Source: Alphaproteobacteria bacterium
GTDB taxonomy: Bacteria; Pseudomonadota; Alphaproteobacteria; UBA11136
Assembly (NCBI GenBank): GCA_030739855.1
Contig: JASLYJ010000005.1
Location: 181 to 64,180, forward strand
Direction of reading: 5' to 3'
Length of the DNA stretch: 64,000 nucleotides
Positions 50,062-59,641 of the stretch are shown here, in pieces. Position 1 is the stretch's first letter; the number at the start of each line of letters is the position of its first letter. A program made the position numbers and the translations under genes. A model generated the notes under the pieces. That model was not told the origin of the DNA and did no database searches. It was given only the letters and a program-made list of their open reading frames with translations.

Positions 50062-51117
50062 GTGACGAATAATCACAAAAACACAGCCAAGGACCCCAAG
50101 GAAGCGAAGCCACACAGGGTTTCCGTCACGGCGCCGGCGCGCCTTCATTTCGGCTTTTTCGACCTTCACGGCGGTCTCGGACGCCGTTTCGGAAGTTTCG
50201 GCATGGCCCTGGACGGTCTCTCGACGCGGCTTTGCGCCGTGCCCACCACCAACACGGAAAATCTTCGCGTGGAAGGCCCGGACCATTACCGGCAAACCAT
50301 CAAGCGCGCCTCGAGCTTCGCCCGCACCATCACTGATAGCCTGGACCTGGGGCGCGCCGCCGCCATCACCATCGAAGAGGCCATTCCCGACCATGCGGGG
50401 CTGGGCTCGGGGACACAGCTTGGGCTGGCGGTGGCGACGGCGCTGACCAAACTTCACGGCCTCGATCTTGGCGCGGGCGAGATGGCACGGCTTTTGGGCC
50501 GTGGTGCGAGATCGGGCATCGGCATCGGCGTCTTCGAACAGGGGGGCGTGATTCTTGACGGCGGGGTCGCAGGGGACGGTTCTGATGATGGTGCTGATAA
50601 TGGCAAAAACGGGCCGCCGCCACCCGTGACCAGCCGCCTTGCTTTTCCCGATGAATGGCGGTTGATGCTGATTCTCGACCTCAAGTCCAAGGGTCTGCAC
50701 GGGAGCAAGGAAAGCGACGCCTTCGACGCTCTGCCTCCCTGCCAGCCAGGGCAAGCCGCAAATTTGTGCCGGATGGTCCTGATGCAGGCGCTGCCGGCAT
50801 TGATGGAAAAAAACATCTCCGACTTCGGCCGCGCCGTCACCGCGTTGCAGAAAGCCGTGGGCGACCATTTCGTCTCGGTGCAGGGGGGACGTTACAGCAG
50901 CTCCCGAGTGGAAGAGGTTCTTTCTTGGCTTTCCGGGCAGGAAGTTAGGGGCTACGGGCAGAGTTCCTGGGGTCCCACGGGCTTCGCTTTTTTCGAAAGC
51001 CAGGCGGAAGCGACCCGTATGATCAAAGCCGCAGAGCAAAAATGGAGGGATGACGGCGGATTGCAATTCATGATATGCGGGGGCCGTAATCAGGGATGTT
51101 TGGTCGAAATTGCGTAA
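50062..51117 (+). CDS. mptG: Beta-ribofuranosylaminobenzene 5'-phosphate (beta-RFAP) synthase, GHMP-kinase fold
   Basis: VTAPARLHFGFFDL and IPDHAGLGSGTQLGLAVA motifs. The GTG start is uncertain. Confidence 0.8.
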   Translation: MTNNHKNTAKDPKEAKPHRVSVTAPARLHFGFFDLHGGLGRRFGSFGMALDGLSTRLCAVPTTNTENLRVEGPDHYRQTIKRASSFARTITDSLDLGRAAAITIEEAIPDHAGLGSGTQLGLAVATALTKLHGLDLGAGEMARLLGRGARSGIGIGVFEQGGVILDGGVAGDGSDDGADNGKNGPPPPVTSRLAFPDEWRLMLILDLKSKGLHGSKESDAFDALPPCQPGQAANLCRMVLMQALPALMEKNISDFGRAVTALQKAVGDHFVSVQGGRYSSSRVEEVLSWLSGQEVRGYGQSSWGPTGFAFFESQAEATRMIKAAEQKWRDDGGLQFMICGGRNQGCLVEIA

Positions 51118-51249
51118 ATCAATCCCGGAATCTCTTTGGCGAGAGGAGCTGATGGCGTCCCGTCCGCCAGATTCCGATGAGTCTTGCTGGGCCTGATCAC
51201 GCCTTCGTGCGATAGAAAAATTAAAAAGCAGAGGAAAAAGAGCAGAGGA

Positions 51250-52149
51250 ATGAGCAGAAAATATATCCTTCACATGCTTACCCCCCAGACCCATGTCAGC
51301 CCCTTTGACGTGAATATGGCTGTGGACGCCGGTTTCGACCTCGTCCTGCCATATACCAATGTAGCGCTGAACGAGATTCAGGGGCTGGTCCAGGACTCCA
51401 TCTTCTCGCGTTCGGTCAACGACGCCAAGCGCACCGGCATCTTCATCTGCGGCAAGGACACGCAGCTCGCCCTGGACATGCTTGACGCGGCGAAGAAAGC
51501 CATGGTGCCGCCCTTCGAGATTTCAGTTTTCCCCGACCCGGCGGGTTCCTTTACTACCGCCGCGGCCATGGTGGCCTGCACCGAAAAGCTTCTGAAGGAC
51601 AAGCACGGCACCACCCTGGATGGCAAAAAGGTAGTCATTTACGGCGGCAAGGGAATCGTTGGCACCGTCAGTGGCATCATCTGTACTCAGTCCGGCGCCA
51701 CTGCCACCCTGGTAGGCTATGACGGAATCGAGAACGTGAAGAAGCGGGCCGACGACAGCAAGGCGAGGTTCGGCGTCGACCTTATCCCAGCCGACGGCAC
51801 CACCGACGAGAAGAACACGGCCCTTTTAGCCGACGCCGATATCGTCTTCTGCGCGGCGCGGGCCGGCACACAGGTGCTGAACAAGGAACAAATGGCTACC
51901 GCGCCGCAGGTCCTTGTGGTAGCCGACGCCAACGCGGTTCCCCCGGCAGGCATCGAGGGCGTGGGCCTGAAGGATGACGGCGAGCCCATCGAGCCTGGAG
52001 TGCTGTCGCTGGGTCCGCTGACCTTCGGCGACATCAAAGTGAAGATACAGCGCGAGCTGTTCCAGGCCATGTGCACCTCGGATACGCCGCTTTACCTCAG
52101 TTTCCAGGAAGCCACCGAAAGAGCCCGCGCACTGGTGGGAGTTGGCTGA
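51250..52149 (+). CDS. mtdB: NAD(P)-dependent methylene-tetrahydromethanopterin dehydrogenase
   Basis: ILHMLTP..HVSPFDVNMA.DAGFD...PYT and AGSFTTAAAMVAC match my recollection of MtdB. The start is placed at ATG 51250. Confidence 0.85.
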   Translation: MSRKYILHMLTPQTHVSPFDVNMAVDAGFDLVLPYTNVALNEIQGLVQDSIFSRSVNDAKRTGIFICGKDTQLALDMLDAAKKAMVPPFEISVFPDPAGSFTTAAAMVACTEKLLKDKHGTTLDGKKVVIYGGKGIVGTVSGIICTQSGATATLVGYDGIENVKKRADDSKARFGVDLIPADGTTDEKNTALLADADIVFCAARAGTQVLNKEQMATAPQVLVVADANAVPPAGIEGVGLKDDGEPIEPGVLSLGPLTFGDIKVKIQRELFQAMCTSDTPLYLSFQEATERARALVGVG

Positions 52150-53299
52150 CCACGGCTTTCTGATTGCCGCCCTGTCTGGCCGCAGCTTAGCGGCGGCGGC
52201 GGCGAGGGCGGGCCACGGAGTTTTCGTACTCGACCTTTTCAATGACAGCGATCTGGCCACCCTTGCCCGGAAAAGCGCTCCCGTGGAGGCCGATGCCGGC
52301 GGCGGCTTCGATGGCGAGTCCCTTCTTGGCGCGGCGGGAGAGCTAAAGTGCGGCGAGGCCCCGCTGGTATTTGGAGCGGGATTCGAGGACCGTCCGGAGC
52401 TTTTAGGGCGGCTGGCCGAGGGCCGGACCCTGTGCGGAAATTCCCCACAGACCCTAACCCGCATCAAGGACCCCGGCGATTTCTTCGTCACCCTGGACGG
52501 CTTGGGCATCCGCCATCCGCAAACGAGCCTCACCCTCCCTGAGAATTCCCCCGCAGGCTGGCTGGTAAAGCCGGTGGGGGGAAGCGGCGGACACCATATC
52601 CGGGAGATATGGGAGAATAACCCCTCTGCCCCCGTCTATTACCCCCCCTTTTATTATCAACGTGAGCTGGCCGGACGCGCGGTCTCCCTGCTGTTTCTGG
52701 GCGACGGCAAGCGCATATGTGCGCTGGGTCTGAGCGAACAGTTCCCCACGCCCTTCCCTCCCGACCATCCCTTTCGCTTCGGCTTCGCGGTGACGCTTCC
52801 CGATGGCGATGCAACGCTGATGACCGGGCTGACCCGCACCGCCATGGCCCTGACCAAGGTGTATGGGCTGGTAGGGTTGAACAGTCTCGATGCCCTGATG
52901 GACGAGGCGGGGGAGTTATCTGTGCTTGAAGTGAATCCCCGCCCCGGTGCCACCCTGGATCTTTTCGATCCCCTGGCGGGAACGCCCCTGTTCGACCTTC
53001 ATGTGGAGGCAGTGGCGGGAAATCTGCCCCATGATTCCGAAATCCCGCGCGGGCAGGCGGATGTTTTCCGTGCCTGCGGTATTCTTTACGCGGATACGTC
53101 TTTTCACATGGGAGAGGACATGGACTGGCCGGTATGGGGCGCCGACCGGCCGCGAACAGGAACGGCTTTCGCCATTGGCGACCCAATTTGCACCATATTC
53201 GCGGAGGGCGGCACACCGGCGCAAGCCATGGAATTCATCGCGGAACGAGCCGGGGCTTTACGGAACGACCTCGCCCGGTGTAAGGGTGCAGACCACTGA
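52142..53299 (+). CDS. ATP-grasp family carboligase-like protein associated with H4MPT/methylofuran gene islands (COG2232-like)
   Basis: The WLVKPVGGSGGHHI and LEVNPRPGATL motifs fit the ATP-grasp fold. TTG start, overlapping the mtdB end by 8 nt. Confidence 0.6.
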   Translation: MADHGFLIAALSGRSLAAAAARAGHGVFVLDLFNDSDLATLARKSAPVEADAGGGFDGESLLGAAGELKCGEAPLVFGAGFEDRPELLGRLAEGRTLCGNSPQTLTRIKDPGDFFVTLDGLGIRHPQTSLTLPENSPAGWLVKPVGGSGGHHIREIWENNPSAPVYYPPFYYQRELAGRAVSLLFLGDGKRICALGLSEQFPTPFPPDHPFRFGFAVTLPDGDATLMTGLTRTAMALTKVYGLVGLNSLDALMDEAGELSVLEVNPRPGATLDLFDPLAGTPLFDLHVEAVAGNLPHDSEIPRGQADVFRACGILYADTSFHMGEDMDWPVWGADRPRTGTAFAIGDPICTIFAEGGTPAQAMEFIAERAGALRNDLARCKGADH

Positions 53300-53324
53300 C
53301 AAAAACCAGGAAAGATCAGATTTC

Positions 53325-54317
53325 GTGACCGAGCATCTTACCAATCAGAAACCTGGTCACTGGCCCAGCATCAACGCCGCGGCGGCGCCGTTGGTGGAAC
53401 GCCTTGTGGGCGGTGCAGCAAGTTTACGAATCGGTGTCGAGAAGGGTCCAAAGGGCTGTACCGTGGTGGATTGCGGCATCGGGCATCCCGGCGGGCTGGA
53501 AGCCGGGCTTCTGGTCACGGAAATCTGCATGGGCGGGCTGGGAAGCGCGACCCTACAACCAGTCTGGAGCTTTGCCCGGTGGCCCTGGACCATCAACATT
53601 CATTCCTCGAATCCGGTTCTTTCCTGTCTCGGTAGCCAATATGCAGGGTGGAACCTTACCTTCGGCGACTTCTCCTCGCTGGGGTCAGGACCCGCCCGGG
53701 CGCTGGCCGGGCGCGAAGATCTATTCCAGGAGTTTGGCTACCAGGATAAGGCTGATACTGCTTGTCTCGTACTTGAAGTAGACAAGACCCCACCACAGGA
53801 ACTAGTGGAAAAGGTTTCCGCCGATTGCAGTATTTCGGCGCAGAACCTGACCCTGGTTCTCACCCCCACCACCAGCCTTGCAGGAAACCTTCAGGTTGTG
53901 GGGCGGGTGCTGGAGGTAGCCATGCACAAGATCCATGAACTCCACTTTCCCTTGGAACGCATCATTGACGGCATGGCCAGCGCGCCAGTGCCACCCGTAG
54001 CCGGCAACTTCCTCGCCGGGATGGGACGCACCAACGACGCCATCATCTATGGTGGCACAGCTCATCTTTTCGTGTCCGGCCCAGATGATGACGTCCAGCA
54101 ACTCGCCAATGACCTCCCCAGCAGCAACTCACGCGATTACGGCAAGCCTTTCGAGAAAACTTTCAAGGCAGTCAAAGGTGATTTCTACGCCATAGATGGC
54201 AGCCTTTTCAGCCCGGCGCGAGTCATTGTAACGGCCATGGAGAGCGGCCGCAGCTTCCACGCCGGAGAGATAAACGAGGACCTTCTGAACACATCCTTTG
54301 GATATGACGGAACATAG
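53325..54317 (+). CDS. mch: Methenyl-tetrahydromethanopterin cyclohydrolase
   Basis: 330 aa from GTG 53325, with an RBS aggaaag upstream. SINAAAAPLVERL...GCTVVDCGI...GGLEAGL is typical of Mch. Confidence 0.9.
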   Translation: MTEHLTNQKPGHWPSINAAAAPLVERLVGGAASLRIGVEKGPKGCTVVDCGIGHPGGLEAGLLVTEICMGGLGSATLQPVWSFARWPWTINIHSSNPVLSCLGSQYAGWNLTFGDFSSLGSGPARALAGREDLFQEFGYQDKADTACLVLEVDKTPPQELVEKVSADCSISAQNLTLVLTPTTSLAGNLQVVGRVLEVAMHKIHELHFPLERIIDGMASAPVPPVAGNFLAGMGRTNDAIIYGGTAHLFVSGPDDDVQQLANDLPSSNSRDYGKPFEKTFKAVKGDFYAIDGSLFSPARVIVTAMESGRSFHAGEINEDLLNTSFGYDGT

Positions 54318-55236
54318 CAGAATCGCCCTGTTCAGCGACGACCCAGACTGGCACGCCAGGAGGTTGACTGAGGCGTTGAAGAAGCGGGGGGCTGAGGTGG
54401 TCTGGTTGTCCTTCGCGCAATGCGCCTTTAATACCCAGGGCGGAGTTCCCGGACTCAGCCTCCCAGGCTTCGATGACGCCCTTCCCGACGGTGCCTTGGT
54501 GCGGCTCATTGATTCGGGTTCCCTGGAACAAATTACGCTGCGACTGGGGTTTCTCCACGGCCTGCGTGCACTGGGAGTTCCCGTCTATAACGACGCCCGG
54601 ACCATTGAAAACACGGTAGATAAGTCCATGGCCAGTTTCCTACTGAACAAGGCCGGACTTCCCACGCCGCTCACTTGGGTTACTGAATCTCCCGACGCTG
54701 CACAGACCATCCTCGATCAGGAGATTAAAGACAACGGCAAGCTAGTGCTCAAGCCCCTGTTCGGTGCACAGGGGAAGGGCTTGCGCCTCCTCCAATCCCC
54801 GTCACAACTTCCCAAACCGGAGGAGGTTGACGGCGTATACTACCTGCAGCGGTTTATTGATACGGGAAGTAACGGCACGGCAGGCACTTGCCACGATTGG
54901 CGGGTTCTGGTTGTGGGCGGCAAAGCCGTAGCCGCCATGATCCGCCGTGGCAAGGGCTGGATCACCAATGTACTGCAGGGCGCCACCTGCGAAGCCGCCA
55001 CCCTAGACGATACCCTTTCCCACATGGCCGTGAAGGCAGCCGCTACCCTCGGCGCAGACTACGCCGGAGTTGATATCATCCGCGACCAGCAAGGTATCCA
55101 TTTCGTAATTGAGGTCAATAGCATCCCTGCCTGGAAGGGGCTTCAGGGCGTGTGCGAAAGCGACCTCGCCCAGACCATCGCCGATGATTTTCTCTCCCGG
55201 CTTCCGGCGAAAGCCCCGTGGGCTGTAACCGGTTGA
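54304..55236 (+). CDS. mptN: RimK-type ATP-grasp ligase, probable tetrahydromethanopterin:alpha-L-glutamate ligase
   Basis: RimK-family pattern (VLKPLFGAQGKGL, DWRVLVVGGK, GVDII....G..V.EVN). Located in the H4MPT island. Confidence 0.75.
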   Translation: MTEHSRIALFSDDPDWHARRLTEALKKRGAEVVWLSFAQCAFNTQGGVPGLSLPGFDDALPDGALVRLIDSGSLEQITLRLGFLHGLRALGVPVYNDARTIENTVDKSMASFLLNKAGLPTPLTWVTESPDAAQTILDQEIKDNGKLVLKPLFGAQGKGLRLLQSPSQLPKPEEVDGVYYLQRFIDTGSNGTAGTCHDWRVLVVGGKAVAAMIRRGKGWITNVLQGATCEAATLDDTLSHMAVKAAATLGADYAGVDIIRDQQGIHFVIEVNSIPAWKGLQGVCESDLAQTIADDFLSRLPAKAPWAVTG

Positions 55237-55245
55237 GGATATTTT

Positions 55246-56124
55246 ATGGCCGAAGGCAGACCCTGTTCTGAAAAGAGCGTCCGTGACGCTATCGAGCAGG
55301 CCTGCCTGAGGGAGCTTGAAGCGCTGAAGCCAGGAAATGTGCATGTCTATGCAGAAGGGCATGACATGACCGTGGAAGACTTCCGGACCAGCGCCACCAT
55401 TGCTGCCGCTCATCTTTCACGTCGGGATGTCCCCTTAGGAGAAAAAATATTGATCGCCGTGGAATCCACCGTGGCGAAAGTGGGCTGTAACACCAATCTG
55501 GGCATTGTGCTTCTTTGCACGCCTCTAGCCCAGGCGGCATTGGCAGCGGATGAAGAGAAAACACTGTTGCCGCGCCTGTGCCGGGTTCTGTGCGCTTTAA
55601 GCATTGACGACGCGCGCTTCGTTTATAAAGCCATACGCATCGCTTCCCCAGCCGGTCTCGGTGAAAGCCCCGAACATGATGTGGCCGATGACCCCACGGT
55701 TGACCTGCGTGAGGCCATGAAGGCGGCGGCCGAACGGGACCGTATTGCCTTTCAATACACCCATGGCTTCGAGGACGTGTTTACCATTGGTGTACCACGC
55801 TGGCGCGAGGCCCTTTCCAAGGGAATGCGTGAAGAGGAAGCAGCAGCGCATGTATATCTGGGGTTTCTCAGTAGTTTTCCAGACAGTCATATTGAACGCA
55901 AATATTCCGCCGGCGCCGCCGAGGAGGTGCGTAACCGCGCCATGAAACTAGAAATTACACTGTCTTCCTTGTCCGGCCCGGAAGCAAAAAAGGCGGAGAT
56001 GCTGAAATTCGATTCTGATTTGAAAGAACGTGGCCTCAACCCCGGAGCTAGCGCGGACCTGACGGTTGCAAGCTTGCTCGCCACCAAGCTTGAGGATATA
56101 TTGGCTCATTCAATTTCTACCTAG
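55246..56124 (+). CDS. Triphosphoribosyl-dephospho-CoA synthase (CitG/MdcB)-like protein of H4MPT islands (Orf7-type)
   Basis: LEALKPGNVH and NTNLGIVLL motifs of the CitG family. Confidence 0.75.
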   Translation: MAEGRPCSEKSVRDAIEQACLRELEALKPGNVHVYAEGHDMTVEDFRTSATIAAAHLSRRDVPLGEKILIAVESTVAKVGCNTNLGIVLLCTPLAQAALAADEEKTLLPRLCRVLCALSIDDARFVYKAIRIASPAGLGESPEHDVADDPTVDLREAMKAAAERDRIAFQYTHGFEDVFTIGVPRWREALSKGMREEEAAAHVYLGFLSSFPDSHIERKYSAGAAEEVRNRAMKLEITLSSLSGPEAKKAEMLKFDSDLKERGLNPGASADLTVASLLATKLEDILAHSIST

Positions 56125-56218
56125 GAGAAATTGAGGCGTGATTATGTGTACTGTGAGCATAATTGTGCTCGAGAACGTTTAATAACAAACGTATCTACTT
56201 AAGGGGAGGATATCCTTC

Positions 56219-56728
56219 ATGGCGAAAATAAACAGAATGATGGTTGGTGAATCTCTGGTCGGTGACGGCAACGAAGTTGCCCACATTGATCTGCTTATCG
56301 GCCCCCGCGGCTCCGCCGCAGAGACGGCTTTTGCCAACTCGTTGACCAACAACAAGGATGGTTTTACTTCACTCCTGGCTGTTGTTGCCCCGAACCTGAT
56401 GGCCAAGCCAGCCACAGTGATGTTCAACAAAGTAACAATGAAGGGCGCCAAACAGGCCGTTCAGATGTTTGGCCCAGCCCAGGCCGGTGTGGCCCAAGCC
56501 GTGACCGACTGCGTTGCCGACGGCACTATTCCAGCCGCTGAAGCTGATGATCTATTCATCAGCGTTGGTGTATTCATCCACTGGGAAGCCGACGATGACC
56601 GCAAAATCCAGGACTACAATTACGAAGCCACAAAAGAATCCATCAAGCGCGCCGTCGCCGGCGAGCCCAAAGCCAAGGACGTGGTTTCCCAAGCAAAAGA
56701 TGCAGCACATCCGTTTGCTGCCGGTTGA
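56219..56728 (+). CDS. fae: Formaldehyde-activating enzyme (5,6,7,8-tetrahydromethanopterin hydro-lyase)
   Basis: 169 aa. [32 protein letters not shown]... Strong RBS aaggggagga. Confidence 0.95.
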   Translation: MAKINRMMVGESLVGDGNEVAHIDLLIGPRGSAAETAFANSLTNNKDGFTSLLAVVAPNLMAKPATVMFNKVTMKGAKQAVQMFGPAQAGVAQAVTDCVADGTIPAAEADDLFISVGVFIHWEADDDRKIQDYNYEATKESIKRAVAGEPKAKDVVSQAKDAAHPFAAG

Positions 56729-56838
56729 CAGTCCCGCGGCTCGTGTGACGATTGGTTCACGAAGCTAGCTAAGCTCTTGACGGGTGAGTAAGGCTCTAGC
56801 GTTCTCACGCCAGAAGGGCTCGTTTAGGGATTTTAAAA

Positions 56839-56867
56839 AGGGAGGCGTAAATGCCTCCCTTTTTTTA
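56839..56867. terminator. Intrinsic terminator after fae (bidirectional geometry)
   Basis: aaaa-AGGGAGGC-gtaaat-GCCTCCCT-tttttt. Confidence 0.7.
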
Positions 56868-56877
56868 TATCCATTTG

Positions 56878-57606
56878 CTAGCCTTGTCTTTGTGCACCGC
56901 AGAAATTGGTGATTTCCGCCTCTCCGATACGGCCATCAAAGAGAGCACTGGCCAGAAGAACTCCTGCCACACCCATATCACGCAAGCGGTTCAGATCATC
57001 GCCATCCCGCACACCGCCTGCGGCAATAACCTCCCGGTCCCCAGCTCGACTGACAATATGGGCGAGTCTGCCGTAATCAGGACCCTCCCTAGCGCCTACA
57101 CGAGCCAGAGTCATGACGATCACCCGTTGTGGCCAGGACCGCGTCTCCGAAAAAAGTTCCCTGGGCCCCAGAAACGCTTCAGCACCAAAATCCAGAGAAA
57201 GAATCACGCGGTCTATCTCTCCTTCCTTCTCCCCGACCGCAAACTCCGTCACATCCTCCGTTTGGATCTGGCTTTCGCTACCTAGGACAAAACAGCCCTC
57301 GTGACATTGCAACCAGTCCCTGGCCACATCGCTGGAGAGGCCCGCATCTACCCAGAATTCCACATGCGGAAACGCCGTGTGCAATTCTGTAATCGTGTCG
57401 TCATTAACTCCAGTGCCTTCAATGGAATCGATATCAGCTATATAGATTGTGGTAAAAGCGTAGAGTCGCAAAAGCCCGCGGCACAAATCCAGGGGGTGGC
57501 TTCCCCGACAGAGACAGGTTTTAACGGGGCGGTAGGCACTTCTTTTGCCACGGCGGGCATGCACCACCAGGCCGCCTCTTAGGTCTAGAACGGGGATCAG
57601 TTTCAA
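56878..57606 (-). CDS. HisA/HisF-related TIM-barrel protein of H4MPT islands (COG1411-like)
   Basis: KLIPVLDLRGG at the N-terminus and AGGVRDGDDLNRL...GVLLASALFDG near the C-terminus. The start is placed at TTG 57606 (SD-like AAGGTGA 7 nt upstream). The alternative is ATG 57693. Confidence 0.6.
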   Translation of the reverse strand: MKLIPVLDLRGGLVVHARRGKRSAYRPVKTCLCRGSHPLDLCRGLLRLYAFTTIYIADIDSIEGTGVNDDTITELHTAFPHVEFWVDAGLSSDVARDWLQCHEGCFVLGSESQIQTEDVTEFAVGEKEGEIDRVILSLDFGAEAFLGPRELFSETRSWPQRVIVMTLARVGAREGPDYGRLAHIVSRAGDREVIAAGGVRDGDDLNRLRDMGVAGVLLASALFDGRIGEAEITNFCGAQRQG

Positions 57607-57618
57607 GAGCGCTTCACC

Positions 57619-58605
57619 TTGCGAATTTTCATTTGCGAATACATTACCGGCGGTGGCATGCAAAACGAAGACCTGCCGCCTTCGCTCATCCATGAGGGTG
57701 AGATGATACTTGCCGCCTTGGTAACGGACCTGAGCACCATACAGACTAGAGTCGGGGAGATCATGGTTTCCCGTGACCCCCGTCTTGTCTGCCCCTCCCT
57801 TCCGGCAACCTTTATCTCGCCCGCTGAGGAGGAAAATATCTGGGATTTCTGGGATCGCCAAATGGGGGAAGCCGATGCTCTGTGGCCCATCGCGCCGGAA
57901 ACAAAGGGCGCGCTGGAACGTCTTTGTAATATGGCCGAGAAGAAAGGCATTATCCTGCTAGCTGGCAATCCGTCTGCCATTCATGCTGCCGCCGGGAAGC
58001 GGACTACTGCGGAAATCCTCTCCCGTGGTGGCGTCACCGTGGTCCCCACCTATGAGGTGGGAAAAGCGATCCCTCCCTCGTCCACAGGCTGGGTGATCAA
58101 GCCCGATGATGGCGTCGGCGCGGAAGACACTCACCATTTCAGAGACCTTGAGAATATGCGGCGCTGGCTGACCAGCCATCCCGGCTACATCGTCCAGCCT
58201 TATGTTGATGGTGATGTGGCCAGTCTTTCGATCCTGTGCCGGAATGGTCTGGCGAGTTTGCTGTCCTGCAACCGCCAGAGGGTAGCCATCTCCGGCGGAG
58301 AGATCCGTATCCTCGCGCTGGAGGTAGGCGGCATGGAAGAACACCGGGGAGCCTTTTCCCGGCTTTCCGATGCCATTGCCTCCCTTCTTCCCGGTCTTTG
58401 GGGGTATAACGGCATAGACGTTGTGTGCAGCAGAGAGGGCATTGTGGTTTTGGAAATCAATCCCCGCCTGACTACATCCTATGTGGGACTGGGAGAAAGC
58501 CTGGACCGCAACCCCGCTAAGCTTGTCCTTGACCTGCTGGAAGATGGGCCGCTTCCGCCGTGCCATCCGCGGAAAGTCGTCACCGTTGATATGGCCCATG
58601 AATAA
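57619..58605 (+). CDS. ATP-grasp enzyme (COG1821-like, MfnD/tyramine-glutamate-ligase-like)
   Basis: (M)RIFICEYITGGG N-terminal strand and VVLEINPRLTTSY ATP-grasp motif. TTG is the only start that keeps the first strand. Confidence 0.65.
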   Translation: MRIFICEYITGGGMQNEDLPPSLIHEGEMILAALVTDLSTIQTRVGEIMVSRDPRLVCPSLPATFISPAEEENIWDFWDRQMGEADALWPIAPETKGALERLCNMAEKKGIILLAGNPSAIHAAAGKRTTAEILSRGGVTVVPTYEVGKAIPPSSTGWVIKPDDGVGAEDTHHFRDLENMRRWLTSHPGYIVQPYVDGDVASLSILCRNGLASLLSCNRQRVAISGGEIRILALEVGGMEEHRGAFSRLSDAIASLLPGLWGYNGIDVVCSREGIVVLEINPRLTTSYVGLGESLDRNPAKLVLDLLEDGPLPPCHPRKVVTVDMAHE

Positions 58606-59641
58606 CGATTCCGTAACTGGCTGGGACCTCGGGGGCGCTCACCTAAAGGCAGCACTTCTAGACGAGAGCGGCATCCGCGACATCATCCAGAGTCCCTGCC
58701 CTCTGTGGCAGGGACTGGAGCATCTTGAAACCGCCATGGAAGAAGTCCTGGAGCGGTTCGGCCCCACCAGGCTAAACGCCATCACCATGACCGGCGAACT
58801 TGCTGACATTTTCGAAAGCCGGACAGAAGGAGTGCGGCGTCTCATCGCTGTGACATCGGCCAAAATTCTTAAAAGTCATGTTCTTATCTATGCCGGTCTA
58901 GATGGCATGCTGCCCCCGAACCGAGCGCTGGAACACACTGAGGCCGTGGCCTCGGCAAACTGGCGAGCCAGCGCCCATCTGGCCGCCCGCGAGGTGCGGG
59001 AGGGACTTTTCGTGGACATGGGGAGCAGCACCACGGATATAATTCCCCTGAGCGAGGGCTGTGTTGCAGCAGCTGGACTTACTGATTTTCAGCGTCTGGC
59101 GGAAAAGGAACTTGTCTATACTGGTGTAGTACGCAGCCCGCTTATGTCCCTCGCAGAAAGCGTTCCTTTCCTAGGAAAGCGTGTGGGAGTGGTAGCGGAA
59201 CATTTTGCCACTACCGCCGATATCCACAGGCTCAACAATACCCTTCCCGAGGGCGCCGACCTTCTGCCCGCAGCAGATGGCGGAGGTAAGACAGAGTGGG
59301 ACAGCGCAAGACGTCTTGCCCGGATGGTGGGATGTGATCTTGCCGATGCGGAAATGGCGGCATGGCGGAGCCTGGCGCGGGTTTTCATTTCTCACCAGGA
59401 AAAGAGACTTCTCACCGCCTGCCGTGAAGTAACCTCGCGGACAGGAATGGATAGGGAGGCCCCCGTGGTCGGAGCTGGAAGCGGCTGTGCTATGATCAGG
59501 AAACTGGCGAAGAAATTGGAACGCCCATACCTGGACTTCGCAGATCTTCTTTTGCCGGGCACCTACGACAAGGAGCAGGCGGCCGCCTGCGCCCCCGCCG
59601 TTGCCGTGGCCCGGCTGGGGCTGGAAGTATTCCAATCCTGA
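58598..59641 (+). CDS. H4MPT-linked C1 transfer pathway protein (hydantoinase/ASKHA-like, Orf5-type, possibly MfnF-like)
   Basis: GWDLGGAHLKAA and FVDMGSSTTDIIP are ASKHA phosphate motifs. The start ATG at 58598 overlaps the upstream stop. Confidence 0.65.
   Translation: MNNDSVTGWDLGGAHLKAALLDESGIRDIIQSPCPLWQGLEHLETAMEEVLERFGPTRLNAITMTGELADIFESRTEGVRRLIAVTSAKILKSHVLIYAGLDGMLPPNRALEHTEAVASANWRASAHLAAREVREGLFVDMGSSTTDIIPLSEGCVAAAGLTDFQRLAEKELVYTGVVRSPLMSLAESVPFLGKRVGVVAEHFATTADIHRLNNTLPEGADLLPAADGGGKTEWDSARRLARMVGCDLADAEMAAWRSLARVFISHQEKRLLTACREVTSRTGMDREAPVVGAGSGCAMIRKLAKKLERPYLDFADLLLPGTYDKEQAAACAPAVAVARLGLEVFQS

Noticed and set aside
50035-51294. A 419-aa ORF on the minus strand spanning the mptG region.
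   Set aside because: It lies entirely antisense to the well-supported mptG and the start of mtdB. Its composition is Arg/Gly/Ala/Pro-rich low complexity, typical of shadow frames in GC-rich coding DNA, and it has no recognisable motif.
52530-53216. A 228-aa minus-strand ORF, with several shorter ones, opposite the ATP-grasp gene.
   Set aside because: It is a Pro/Arg/Gly-rich shadow frame antisense to a gene that carries ATP-grasp motifs.
57958-58599. A 213-aa minus-strand ORF opposite the MfnD-like ATP-grasp gene. A 261-aa plus-strand ORF at 60312-61097 opposite the DUF447 and DHPS-like genes falls in the same class.
   Set aside because: Both are antisense shadow frames without motifs. The opposite-strand genes have clear family signatures and ATGA coupling.
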